DNA of 60,451 nt, the filler included, from Platydemus manokwari (taxonomy: Eukaryota), in NCBI GenBank assembly GCA_037951405.1. It is 5 parts of 5 records of this genome, joined end to end, with 100 filler letters (N's around TTAATTAATTAA, not from the genome) between each part and the next. Parts side by side here need not be neighbours in the genome. Positions count along the whole stretch, not along the records: positions 14,571 to 29,603 come from JBBMOY011359204.1; positions 29,704 to 39,558 come from JBBMOY011196654.1; 3 more parts are not named here. One strand, given 5' to 3'. Positions 25,834-39,314 of this stretch are shown here, one piece after another. Every line of letters starts with the position of its first letter. The first letter of the stretch is position 1. A program made the position numbers and the translations under genes. The notes under the pieces are model-generated. The model had not been told where the DNA came from. It worked only from the letters and a program-made list of their open reading frames with translations, and did not search any database.

Positions 25834-28800
25834 CAAAGAATCTGTAGAATTATCGGCCATTTTGTTAAACAATTCACCACAGATCACTGGAACAATTCCT
25901 CTAAAGTTAAAATTTAATAAAAACATAAATCATAATAAATTTAATAAAACTTAATATTTGTTTAACACATTTGTTTAAAACATTCAATGAAACTTAACGT
26001 GAAAAATTGAGATTTATTGTGTAACCGGGAATTTTATCCGACATTCTAATATCCTGAATTGGATTGTTTGTGTGCATTTTTCATTTTTAGTTTCTAGCTA
26101 CAAGTGCCAAATAATCATGAAATCTTTTTCTAAATCACAATTTCAATATGTTCTAAAGTATTTTTCCATTATTTATTATTTAATTATTATAAAGATTAAT
26201 TTTAAGTCTTTCTTTTAAGCGGTTAAATTAATTTAAAAAATCAAAATATAATCAAAGATGTAAAATTATCTAATTGTTAACATAGAGTATCTTACTTGTT
26301 ACTACCATAGCCAACCATTGAATATGACTTGCCAGAACCCGTTTGACCATATGCAAACAATGAACAATTATATCCATTAAATGCATTTTCTAAAACATTT
26401 AATCCAAGGCTTTCAAATACTATTTTCTGACTAGCATATTTTGAATTAGGATTATCGGGGAGAAGTATCCCATTATCATCTTCCTTGAAGCCATCGTGAG
26501 ACCTTGAATTAAGTACACTCTTTATGAATAAATATAATGGATTTCACCAATAAATAAATTTCACTAATGATTATTCAATGACTCAAATATTTTGTTATAT
26601 AAATGGTGTTTTATGCGAAATATTTCACGATGAAATCTGCATTAATTCATTCAATATTATTTACAAAGGTATGCATCGTAATGCAATAAATCCTACTTAT
26701 TTTAAAAATTTAAATTCTTTGTATTATTGATTGTTTGATTATTGTGGTACATATTCAATTTCAATTATGCCACTACATCAGACGATTAAAGAGCCTTTAT
26801 TGGATAATTTTTATTAAATTCTAAAACGATCATAATATGGTCTGACTTTTTGAAGATTTTTACGACATGTCAATCGATCACAAGTTAATTTATTCTTTAA
26901 TTGACATATTCGAAAAAAACTGGAAATATTGATGAAAAATCACATGGCAAACCTCGGACTAATAATTAAAAATGTAAAGTTGGTGCTGTTGATAATTTTG
27001 TGAATGAAATGGGTGATAATTTCAAACAAAAGGGATCTAAGAATCTAATACCTAAATTTTATTCTCTCCATGAGCTTAATGAGAATCAGTCTGATCAACA
27101 ACAAAGTGCCTATGAAGATTTCGACGCTTAATGACAAGATCCTCAACTAATAGAGAAAAAATAGACAAAGCCAAGTTATATCTGATTGGATCAGCTAATC
27201 ATTATAACTGTATATTTTGATTTGATAAAAACCAAAATCATTATTATATAAAATCTAATGTGTGACTGTTTAGACTGACATTTTAGCACAAAGAGTTATT
27301 GCGCCAAATTTCTTCAGGACAATTTCATGCTTCAAAACATTCTTCCAAATGCTATAGGGCCTACCTACCAAATTTTTCTAAGCCATTTGGTTAGTTAAGA
27401 GGATCTCCTTTTGGATCAGATCTCCAGATGACTTAACTCCATGTTATTTTTTTTAATATCATGTAAAAGAAGTAGTGTTATCCTCTATACTTGGATAAAT
27501 TCGAAAATATAATTTGCAACGCTAATAAATGATTCTATAGAAAAGTATACTTTCGACTTATTGAGAATCGAATTTGTCATTGTATTAATGAAAGTGGTAG
27601 AAAATTTGAAAATAAAATTTAAAAGTCTTTATAAAACGAGGCTTGAGAAAATGTACCGTCGGACACCTTGTATATTTTAAGTTTTTTCGAGATCATAACA
27701 CGATCTCAACCTAACATACTGTAAAAATAAACAAGTAACCTTTTAAATTTAACTTTCAAAATAATAATAAAGAAGATTTCAATTTCATGGCTTCCACATC
27801 TCTTATTTGTATATATATAAGTATATAAATGTGTTTCACATAAAAGAGTGCGTTATATGTAGAGAATATCCTAATACGAGTCAGACTGAAAATTTATTAC
27901 AAATACAAATAGAAAATAGATTAAGAAAATTAGTAAATTAAAAATCCAAGGTCATTCAGATGAGTAGATATAAAAACTAAACACATGCAGCAGTGTAGCA
28001 CTTGTGGTGAATATCAAGGTTTTAATCAGAATATCATCATCTATTGTTAGATTAAAACATTAAAAATTTAATTAATATAATACATAGAATATAATGGTAA
28101 CATCATAACTATATTTAATAAATTTTATTGTAATTCCACCAAATAACAATTTATAATCATGATATTTTGTGGAGTCACTTGTCGGTGCATTCAATAGTAT
28201 CCAAAAAGTCAAAGGAACAATATAATATTTATTTCAGTAATCAATAGTGTTCCCAAAAATATAATCCCCGAATTTTGGGAGTTAAATATCAATTTGTACA
28301 TTAAATATTTCTTATACACAAGTGGTTATTTTCAATACTTTTCAAAAAGAATTATGGAAGTTAAATATTAATGGATTTATCAATGTTTTAAAATAATTTA
28401 CGTTGGTTGTTAAAAGGAAATTTAATTAAACAAAAATTCCAAGTATAATTTGCATAAAAATTAATGAGTTATTGATATTTCATATCCTATAGTATCATTG
28501 ATAAAAAGTAAAATGAATTTTGTTCTTTGTGTTTTGTTTTTCATTTGATCATGTTTTTATCAGTATGTGAGAGAGAAATGCAAAAGTCTTCAAACATAAT
28601 TTGTAAGTGATAGTAAAATGGAGGTTGAAATTAGCGCGGACCTAATAATATAATTCAAGTTTCTTTGCTTCAAGGTCGTTGGAACTGATCAATCGATACA
28701 AAAGTAAGACCTTATAACCTTTAAATAAATCTTGATTATTGATTATACTATCACACGAAATTAGTTACCACTAATTCTGAACTCTTTTCATTGAAAGACT

Positions 28801-29305
28801 TAAAGAAACTTTTGAGTATAACATAATTTTTAAATCTATCTTGATAATATCCCAGTTGATACTCTTAAATAACATATCATGAAATACAAAAAATTAAATC
28901 GAAATCGACTGGAATATTTTTGCAAATTGATTTAATATAATAAAAAAATATTGGTTGTAAATATTTTTTGTAATAGAGAAAATTTATTTTATAAAATTGC
29001 CTGCATAGTCGAATTATCAATTAATAAATGAATTACCAAAATGAATAATCGAATGTGAACATCTTCTTATCACTGGGATCTAAATTATTTCAAAGCTTAT
29101 AATATTATGATTTTTTATAAATATCTCTACTTTCAGGATTTGTTATTATTGTAGTATTTTCTTGCATTTCGATCGTTAATTTGGCCATCCTATCCTTTTC
29201 TCTTTGATTGAAAGGTCTTACTCTAACTGCAACTTTTACTCTAAAGAATATTCCAGTAAACATTTTGTTTACAAAAAAACATTATGCTTACGATTCATCA
29301 GCCAT
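25834..29305 (-). CDS. Kinesin-3 family motor, KIF28-like; first five coding exons
   Basis: Exons 29305-29292 (MADES), 29240-29131 ([17 protein letters not shown]), 29079-29037 (MFTFDYSFW), 26502-26296 ([33 protein letters not shown]-loop) and 25900-25834 ([11 protein letters not shown]). All GT-AG with consistent phases. Later exons were not found. Confidence 0.92.
26850..27675 (+). mobile_element. Degenerate Tc1/mariner transposon in the kinesin intron
   Basis: [20 protein letters not shown] (~27412-27480) resembles WPPRSPDLTPCDFFLWG. FLQD motif at ~27310. Terminal GGACACCTTGTATA is typical of a TIR end. Confidence 0.65.
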
Positions 29306-29703
29306 CGTAAATAATTATTCTAAATATTACGATATCTTAAAATTTTAACATGAAGTTTAAAATTGTGATTTGAGATTTGAATTGTATATAGTAAAACAAA
29401 TGAAATTTAACTAAAAAGAATTAACTTCTTTTAGTTAAAAAATATTTTTATATGCGTGTGTTGTAAATATAATAATTTAAATAAAAATTTTGTCTTCCTA
29501 ATTTTTGTTCATTAATATTAATAAAATAACAAGTGCAGATAAGTTAATACGTTAATTTTTTGTCTATTGGCTTGAATTTTAGAAATCTAAATAATAGAAA
29601 ATTNNNNNNNNNNNNNNNNNNNNNNNNNNNNNNNNNNNNNNNNNNNNTTAATTAATTAANNNNNNNNNNNNNNNNNNNNNNNNNNNNNNNNNNNNNNNNN
29701 NNN

Positions 29704-30221
29704 ATTGCAAAATTCTGTATAGTTTATTTAATTATATTCTTTAAAAACTTTGTCAATTTTTTATTTACGTACTTAAGAAGACTTTTAGTTGTTTGAAATC
29801 AAATATTATTTTAAAAAATGGAAAAAGTAGGTCGAATTGCAATTTGTTGAAAATTAGCGAGGGCCTCTCTTTTAACATTAGAAGTAAATTGAGTTATACT
29901 CTCAATTTTTACAATTATTTTATAAAAATAACCAATGATATTATTAAATATGTCTGTAACTAATTAACTTGATTTATAATTATAAAAATTTAAATTTAAA
30001 AACTCAAATAATCATATAGAAACGTTGTGATTAGAATGGGAACTTGATTTTAAAACTATATTTTGTTACTATTAGACATCTTAAAAATGAAATATTAACT
30101 GAATTATACGAACAAATCAAACATAGCAATTATATATAAAATTAAGTTATAAAATTATCTGATGCGCGAAAATTCATTACAATGAAAGTAGGCCAAAGGA
30201 GCCTTTTTCTTAACTTAAGCC
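29704..30221 (+). mobile_element. MITE family copy (left end in gap)
   Basis: High identity to 41964-42512. Ends in TTAACTTAAGCC. Confidence 0.9.
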
Positions 30222-30700
30222 AAAAATTTTGCATTATTATTACCATAAATTACAACCAATCAAATTTGATTATATTTATCAGTGATTTAAAAAAAATTCA
30301 ATCAATTATTAATATTCTACAGTAAATGACCGATGGAATTTAGGTTATGATGACATTAAGCGATTACTGATATTAAGATGGGCGATATTAACCGAATAAA
30401 TTCATGTACAGCTTTGTACCAAAGTATAATATAAGCAATAAGTATAATATACGCAATGTGAAATGGTAATTTGTTTAAATTTATTGAATATTAATTTCTT
30501 TTATTAAATAATTTGATTCGATAAATGTCTCGGAGACAGAGTTAATTTATTCGGTCTGTTATTTAGAAATATTAAGTATCTGTTTTATTCTGTGCTTTAA
30601 CGAAAACCTGATTTCAGTATCGCACTGTTGGTGTATCATACTTTGCATATTATCGAGTTTCATAATATTTGCAAATATATTTCAGTGGAACTGTACGCCA

Positions 30701-33700
30701 ATGAAAATCACGGTTTCATTTATCGTTCTTTGGCAAATATATCGAGTGGAATCCTTAACAGTAGGTATGAAATATTAATGTTATAAATGTCTTTGTGTCT
30801 CAGACGTGTTATCTTGGAATTTTAAAAAAATTAAATAATAATACTTAATAATGATGATAATAATAGTAATAATAATAATAATAAATACCTCATATAAAGG
30901 ATTTAAAACATGAATTTAAGACAGATATGAATTACCAATCAATCACACTTGATGCTAACACTACAATTTCTTTCCCAATGGAGTAAAATAATTGATTTAT
31001 AAAGGATAAACTGAGAAAAGTTGTTATTTTTACTAAAATTATGAATAAAATAAAAATAAACGAAATGATTATGGCATATTCTTACCAGATGTTATTAAAT
31101 TTTATCTCTTAATGGAAATATTCCATAGGAAATGGATTCCGTATAATGATCGTGTACTGATAGAAATTATTTCATCACCGAATGTATTGTGAGATAAACA
31201 AAATGATTTAATTTATAATTAAATTCTTTGAAGTCTACTTTTGTTTTAATTGCGACGCCAATGGAACATTAATCAAATATTATTTTTCGTTGAATGAATG
31301 TGGTTTTAAAATACGAGCTAATATTTAATTCTGATTTAGATTTCATTGAAACAATGCAGTACAAATATTTTAATATCATTATCATTATCAGATTTGTAAT
31401 GAAAAACCATAATTCGATTTAGTTGTCATTGGAGAATCGACCAATGAATATCTATTCGATGCAGCAATTATGGGATTCAATGATCATTTAAGAGAAATGA
31501 ATAATTTTACGAGAATATACAACGATCAGGACAATTTTCTTGAACAAGGTTTGGATATCTTTGAATATTTAAATATCGTGTAGCGATATTATTGATAAAA
31601 TGTTATATTTTAATGATAATTTTAATTGCAACTTTTCAGTTATGTTAAGTGGTCAAAATATATAAAAATAAATAAAATACCTTTTGTTGAATAATTAATC
31701 CTATTTCGACCCTCCAAGGGCCTCATCAGTATCCTGGTTCAGAGATCTATAGGACGATCTATCTGAGCTTTCGAAAATGTTAGCTTCAATGTTGATGATG
31801 GTGGTTTTATGATGCACATAGTGTCCTACTTAGGCCTTCCACGGGCCTTATCAAAGTCAGAGGCAGATAGGACTAACAAAAATCTACAAAATAGCTATCC
31901 ATTTATATACTAATTTTGAGACCATTTCATCAAGTAATTCAAAACCCAGTATTACTATATTGTGGCTAAAAATTCAAGCAGAACCCGAAGGGATTTTAAA
32001 GCGCCGATAGACAATAAATTACGACTCATTATTGCCCTCAGGATAAATCCCGTTGGAGTATGAAAATCCAATTAGTAATCGATTACAGATAGAGCTACGA
32101 GTATGATGGATGACGGTGGCTCAATCTGATAATTAAATAAAAGTAATAATTAAAATTATAATTAATTATAATCATTATATAATGCACATATTATCAACTA
32201 GTATAAATAGTTAAAAAATATTAGATAAAATTACACAAAATTTTGTTTAAATCTAAAAATTCATTATATAGGATATTGGCAATATATTTTATTTTGCATT
32301 ATATTTTCATGTTTTAGGTTGCTAAAGTGGGTAGTCTACTAGGCTACCTGGTTTAAATGGATTCTGTGATTTAAATAATTTGTTTTAATGGATCGAATAT
32401 TATTGTTTCATTTTGTTTTAACTCCGTATTTCTATTTTATAAACAGTTTATATAATATTATTAAATGAGTTTATTTAGATAAAATAGAAATAACAAAATA
32501 TTTGNNNNNNNNNNNNNNNNNNNNNNNNNNNNNNNNNNNNNNNNNNNNNNNNNNNNNNNNNNNNNNNNNNNNNNNNNNNNNNNNNNNNNNNNNNNNNNNN
32601 NNNNNNNNNNNNNNNNNNNNNNNNNNNNNNNNNNNNNNNNNNNNNNNNNNNNNNNNNNNNNNNNNNNNNNNNNNNNNNNNNNNNNNNNNNNNNNNNNNNN
32701 NNNNNNNNNNNNNNNNNNNNNNNNNNNNNNNNNNNNNNNNNNNNNNNNNNNNNNNNNNNNNNNNNNNNNNNNNNNNNNNNNNNNNNNNNTAAGCAGGAAG
32801 TAAGAATTTTTAGATAATATGGGACTCACGATTAGAAGGTTAATTATCTCCCGGTTCCGAATCTAACTGATATATTTCTATTCATCATTTCAACATCCAT
32901 TTCTCATTTTTGATTTTTAGAATAATTTTTGAGTGTGTTTTTTGAGCTGTATATATTAGATTTTATAAACTCTGTTCATAGATTGGCTATTCATCAGTTC
33001 AAAGAATGTTTCACCATCAAAATGAATGAAAGTTGATTCGATACATCTTATGGACTTGTTTAATAAATCATATGACGACAATAATCACGACACAAACATA
33101 TCAGAAAATCATTTACAAACTTTCTCATCATTTTCTCTTGTGTACCCATTGGAAATTATTTATACTAAATTATTTATACTAAATTATTTATACTTCAATT
33201 ATAAATACACGGGGAAATGTGGTTTTTCTGTACCCTTTAAAATATATTTGATGAAATTCTGCTTGAAATGAAAATTTATCAAAAATATCTCCACTGAAGA
33301 TAGTCAGTCAGAAAATATGTTTATCTCTAAGAAAATCAATTCAATCAAAATAGATCCTTAGCAACAGTTGCTAGTCTCAATCAAAGTTAATTAACGAGAA
33401 TTATTCAGTTTCAATTCGCAAACTGCTATTGGTGGTTAGGGTTTTGAATTTTACCGTAGTATTGATTGGTAGAGAATTATTAGGATTATTATATGACTTA
33501 ACATGGTCGTTCAAAATTGTAGATTTATTATTCTTATTATATAGCTCTATTCAAAAGGAGTATTTATTTCTCATAGAAACGACAATGAATAATATTGCTA
33601 CAATTTCATGCAATTCATTTCCTTTTTTGGCATCCTGAAAATTTAGCTGTTAATATAATCTTTATTTTATGTTAAGGAAAGCTGCATATAGTTGAGAATT

Positions 33701-36700
33701 ATTATAAAAATATTGATGATTGTTTGTGAGGATTTTCAAATCAATCAATATGTTTTGAGAGCAGATTTTCTTCCAATAAAAAGCACATATAAAGATGAGC
33801 ATAAAGCACTACCAACACAGAAAAGAGACAATGATACAAGGAGTATTGACAAATATGAGATAGTGGTCCCAAATCTAGAAGGAATACAGAAAGAGATGGA
33901 AACCAAACCAGTAGGCAAAAATATGCTAGAAAGTATATGAAATTGTAGTTTTACACCAATGCTTAGAACATCAGTAGAAAAGGATTTGGGCGAAGTATAC
34001 AGTAACAGCGAGAATTAGAGTCATGTGAAAAGGAAATATTCCCTACTGAGCGAAAGGTGACCAATCGGTTACTATTTAAATGAACCAAGCTCTCTATTGC
34101 ACTGCACTTGAAAATCTAGCAAGTTATAAATTGGAGGTGGAGTTTGGGAAAACATGGGGTTTTGCTACAAAAGGAATGGAATAATCGGAGAATCGATTTT
34201 GCTTAGCCAGGTTCAGAATGAACCACAGAAGTCAAAGCCTATCTGTACAGACTTCATTTATCAATAATTTGACTAATATTCTATCTTGTGAATAGTATTT
34301 CATACATTTATGTATGACTGGTATACCCTGTATTTTTGATAATTGACAACAATCTGTATGAATATTCATGATATTTGAATTCCTAAATGATAATGTTTAT
34401 AATATTGGTGTATTGGATACCAATCAATATCTATTTCATAATTCGCTGTTGATAGATATAAATCATTCACATTCACTATCACTTACCGCTTGGCTATGAA
34501 GGCCTATTTATTATTCCATATCAGCTTGTTCTTTGTAATGTTTCTTTATCTAGAAAGATATTAAAAGTAAAAGATCGCGATTTGAGGATGTTTTGTGATG
34601 CTAGGTATCTGGAAAGAATGTCAATCTTAATAAGGGCAACTAAAATCACACAATAACCCTTATTTGCTTCTAGCACTATCAAACCGAGTTTCAATTTGCT
34701 GCTAAACATATTGTTGTGTACCAGGCCCCATCCCAATTAGGAATAACAATCAATAAACAATTTTTACATTTAATAGGCTAGAAAATAGATTATAAGATTA
34801 TTATAAATTAAAAGACAAAGATAGGATTTAAAAAGTACAAAAACAGAACAACAAAATAATATCAAAAAACAGAATAAAGAAATAAAAATAGCAAAGAATA
34901 AAAACAAATTAGATAAAAAATCACAAAAGTGATAAAATTACAAAGCAAAAGGTAACAAAAATAAGACAAAGAGAACATAAAAAAAGCCCATTAATGTCAT
35001 TAACATTTGCGTTTATTGTTTGTTACAAAAATCGTTTTGAGGTGTATTTAAAAATCAATAATTTGCTACTCGTATGGATTACTGTAAATATTGATCAATA
35101 ATTAAAACGAAAAACAGATTGCAGAAGAATTATTTTGACCTGTCATCTAAGTAATTTATTTAGAAATTTTATCCTGTTGCTTACAAGTAATCCTTTAATT
35201 TTAACTTTAATGTTACTATGCGATTCTATTTAATGCTTATCATCAATTTAAGTGGCTTGTACCCAATCAAAATCATTTTTTAAAATAAGCTTTAAAGTGG
35301 CTTAGAGTGATTGCTTGCACATGTAGGTTCAACCATCAGTAAGCTATTCAGTGAAGAGGACTCTTAAGGATGCAAGAACGCTATATCATTTTCAATCAAA
35401 CATTATTACCTGATCATTGCCTCATAATTAATAATTGTTTCTATTATATCGATTGTGTCAATAATTATTTATTTATTTTACGTTTAATTTGTTTAATTTG
35501 TTTAATTTGTTATATATATTCACATTTAATTCCAAATTAATTCACTTAGTTTGTCAATTAAATTCGTCTACAATCGATGGTCTGATTGATGTTAGCATTG
35601 ATTCGATTGGTAGTGAAGATATCGCCAGTCTCTTGGACAGTCCTCTTGTAACAATAAAAGAATGGACTCAAAACTCTGAAATGTCAGGCATCCCATCTGT
35701 CAGACCGAGCTCAAACGATTACATGGAATCAGTGATATCCTTTGTAAATAGGTTGAATTCTACGAGAGATTCTATTTTGATCCTATATTCGGCGAATTTC
35801 GGTGAGAAAATTGGAATGATTTACAAAAATCTATAAGTTGAATATGATAATTTTAACAGAGATTCCATTAACAACAAATAATATTTCTTCTGTTTCTACA
35901 TCATAAATTAAATCAGACATGTGTCTAGACTACTCTAATATATCAATTTATTTTTTAATCGGGTTATTGTGAATGAAATAGTCTATCTTGGTTATTGTTA
36001 ATGAAATGTTCTATACTGGCTATTGTGAATGAAATGTTCTATCTTGGTTATTGNNNNNNNNNNAATATTTTGAATTATATATAAGAGATCTTTAGTTATT
36101 CAATTCCATAATGAACCTTTGATTTATAATTTAATGAGTTATTTTAAAATCATATTAACATTTATTGGTTTAAGAGTTACTCTTTTAACAATTTCAGCCA
36201 AATATTAAAAATTCAGCTGAAATAAAGTTTACCACTTAATCTAAAACTTAGATTAATAATTATTGCTAATAGTCATCAATATTATAATAAATTATTATTA
36301 ACACCATGATATACCTAGATAGGTATTAATTAAATTGTGCAGCACAAGCATTTTATATTTCTACTTTTGTTTCATAATATACGTATAATATACGTATATA
36401 TGTATAATTCAGCTAATAGCATCATTGAAAACCATTTAAAAATCTTTAAAATAAAATTTCCATTTATTATTGGAAATATTTCGCCTTCATGTCTTTTTCA
36501 ATGTCTTGCCTGAAATGACTTGATATTGCAGGAGGTTTAATAAACCGAATATATTAATAATTAAAATATGTTGGTTAACGATAACTCAGCTATTTATCAA
36601 AATGATCAGACGATTCCCGAAATAGCAAATAAACAAATATGTTTCTGATCATTTCACTAATTTTCATCCCACATTCTTTCATAAATAAAGTTCTTTCACA

Positions 36701-39314
36701 ATAATTGACAATATTTTATAATATAAATAATTATGTTACTAAAATAAAATGTTATTATTATTATTATGTATCTGATAATGTGCCTAAACTGTAATCTAAA
36801 TATAATAATAATCGACAAAATAAATTAATAAAATTATTAAGAATTATTTTTAATAATAAAATAAAATAAATCATTGTTTTGAAAAAATGAAAATATCGAA
36901 AATAAAACAATTAAAATTATGAAAGTAGAAAATTAAAAAATAAAAATAAAGAAAAAAAGCCCTTTTAAAATTATATTAAAATTACAAAACACACTTGACA
37001 AGATTATCCGATAAAGAAAACTAAAAATAGTAAGTGATGTACTTGTTGAAAATTAGTAGATAAAAGTAGAATTTAAGCTTCACAGCCAAATAAAATCGTC
37101 TTTGTTGTTGGTGAGTTTACATTGTTAAAAGGAACCCGATCACAGATGATTCAAATAAAATCCTTCCATTTTAGTAATCTCTTAAAATTAAAAGTAAAAA
37201 AAATTATGCAAATTGTACCAAATAGAGTTGATTCAGTAGATGCGCTCCGTCAGAACTGGCATAAAAAGCGACATTTTCAATGAGAAAACTGAAAATGCGT
37301 TGCAGAACTAACAAGAACACCGTAAATAAAAACGTGCTTACTAATTTGCTCATAAAAGGATGTTTTTATCCAATAATAGTTTATATGATCGGTTTTATCG
37401 ACAAAATCAGCTCATATTGAGTTTCAGGAATCAGATTTTAGTAACCAATTTCTTGTACAAGAATAATTTTGATGATAGTTAGCTTTCAAGAGAATCTACT
37501 ACATTAAAATGTCGGAAAGTACTTAAAATGTCTCAAGAAGTGGTAAGAAGCTACATTTTTAAAATCGAGCTATATCGAAATTGCATTGAAAAAAATGTTC
37601 ATCAAAGAATAAGTTATTGCATTTCTTTTCCATATTTTTAAATAAAGAAAATGATATTGATCTAACTGATGGCATTAAAATGTAAAAATTACTGACTCCT
37701 ATTGGTGGGTACAAATACACATAAGCGAAAATCCCATCGACCATAATGAAATTGAATTTTGAACATTCATTCATATGGGTGTACAGTTTATGCTACAAGA
37801 TTAATAATAATGACATTATTATTGCAAGTTCGCTCATGCGTGATGCTTCGATTCATGAATTCGAGTTGGAGATAATACGTATCAAATGACTTAAAATCTT
37901 TTTCAATGGTTTTTGTTTTTGATTGTCATATTATATTACCATTGGAAAAGTTATGCAACGAGTCAATCCCGTCCCTATTTAGGTCATTTTATAACAAGAT
38001 CAATGACTCGAGATGTTTCATATTGGTTATTAAACAAGTTGTTCTTAGTTCATTCAAATATATGACGAAATATTGACAATTCCACTGTACGATTATTAAT
38101 ATTATTAAAGTAAGTATTTGTTGAAAGCATTAAATAGAGGTGTCGACTTTGTAAAGGAATACCTCACCAGTATTTAATCGATTGTTTGATGAAAAATTAT
38201 TAAACAACGAATGGTACTGTTGTTACTTTAAGCTTTTCTCATTGGTATTTTGTTTTAGATGGCAGTCTTCTATTTCCATCTTTGAACACGGAATCATTCA
38301 TTCCAGTATTCATTAAAGAAGCTAATTATACAAATATAGATGAAATCATTTCTTTCATTCGACGATTACGAATTGCGGAAATCATATTGGCTTCTGAGCT
38401 AGAGCTGGCTACACTGGTGGTCTCTAAGGTATGACCGTGTGCTAAAATTTTCAATTTATAAAGTATAATAAACCTTCCAATTGGCTAGTTGCCAAAATTT
38501 CTTCATTTCTAATATTCAAATTATAAGTAATGTTTACAACAGAACAAAAATCAATTCGTCAATACATCAATTTTCAAACAAATTTTATATATTAGATTTA
38601 AAATTATTTCCATCTTATTTGTCTTCATTTTAATCCAAATATAACAATGCTCCCATTCTTATATTACATCTTATTTTTTTAAAAGGATTTAAACAATTTA
38701 AATAATTTTAAAACTTAGAGTTTAACTGTATTTTTAAGCAAGATCCTTTTATAAATATTAATATGCTATATTAATTTTTATAAAATTTTTTAAAAATATC
38801 TTTTAGTTCAAGTTTAATAATTTTAATTCTATGTAAATTTTAATTACATTTCGTATTTTTAAATAAACCTCACACAACCCGTGATAAACTTTCAGTCTTT
38901 GTATAATTTTAGACTGTGAAAGCCAATGTTCTGAACGGAATTTATCATTGGTATATTGTTACAAAAGACATTCACAAATTTTCCTGTGATTCGTGCTCGA
39001 AAGGCGAATTCATCTTGTTTCAAAAAATGATCGATGATAATGTATTGTACAATAAAATTATGACCATCAACAATTCTGTGTCAAAAACTCATCGGGCTGT
39101 AAATAAAATAATTTTACAATTATCGATTACATCATAGTCATTGCAGTTAGATATGATTTATTCTTATCAAGCCGGACAAGTTCTTGCTACGATAATCAAT
39201 CAAGCCAAGAAAACCAACCGATGGATGGCATCATCGTCTCAGTTTAGTTGTTGGAATATAAGTGATTCGCTGACGCCAGTTAGATTTAATTTGGGAAAGG
39301 AGCTAATGAAAAAA
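30701..39314 (+). CDS. Ionotropic receptor, IR25a-like (iGluR family), signal peptide and amino-terminal domain exons
   Basis: Phase-consistent GT-AG exons: 30701-30764 (MKITVSFIVLWQIYRVESLTV), 31423-31548, 35550-35801 (VCQL..SVRPSS..ILILYSANF), 38259-38428, 38913-39098 (YHWYIVTKD..FSCDSC) and 39147-39314 (RWM..FSCW..LTPVRFNL; alternative acceptor 39138). The pattern resembles the recalled IR25a ATD (AILYD.SF; FAWHAIT; W....LNC....TPQR.LDL). Ligand-binding and pore exons were not seen. Confidence 0.7.
31698..31755 (-). ncRNA. Type III hammerhead ribozyme motif
   Basis: Minus strand reads GUCCUAU-A-GAUCUCUGAACCAGGAUA-CUGAUGA-GGCCCUUGGAGGGUC-GAAA-UAGGAU. Intact core, 7-bp stem III, 6-bp stem II, closed stem I with a G.A mismatch at the first pair, AUA cleavage triplet. 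Confidence 0.8.
31822..31874 (-). ncRNA. Degenerate second copy of the type III hammerhead
   Basis: GUCCUAU-C..UUGAUAA-GGCCCGUGGAAGGCC-UAAG-UAGGAC. Stems II and III are retained and the core is mutated. Confidence 0.65.
35962..36053. repeat. ~29-bp tandem minisatellite running into a gap
   Basis: GGTTATTGTGAATGAAAT(A)GT(T)CTATCTT x3+. Confidence 0.85.

Noticed and set aside
33692-34740. GC-richer ORF-like tracts in the IR intron
   Set aside because: Probably TE debris, but no diagnostic motif was recognised.
35295-35340. A-box/B-box-like sequence suggesting a tRNA or SINE
   Set aside because: No cloverleaf and no second copy seen.
35962-36053. Regular ~29-bp repeats as a possible CRISPR array
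   Set aside because: Head-to-tail minisatellite without spacers, in a eukaryotic context with no cas genes.
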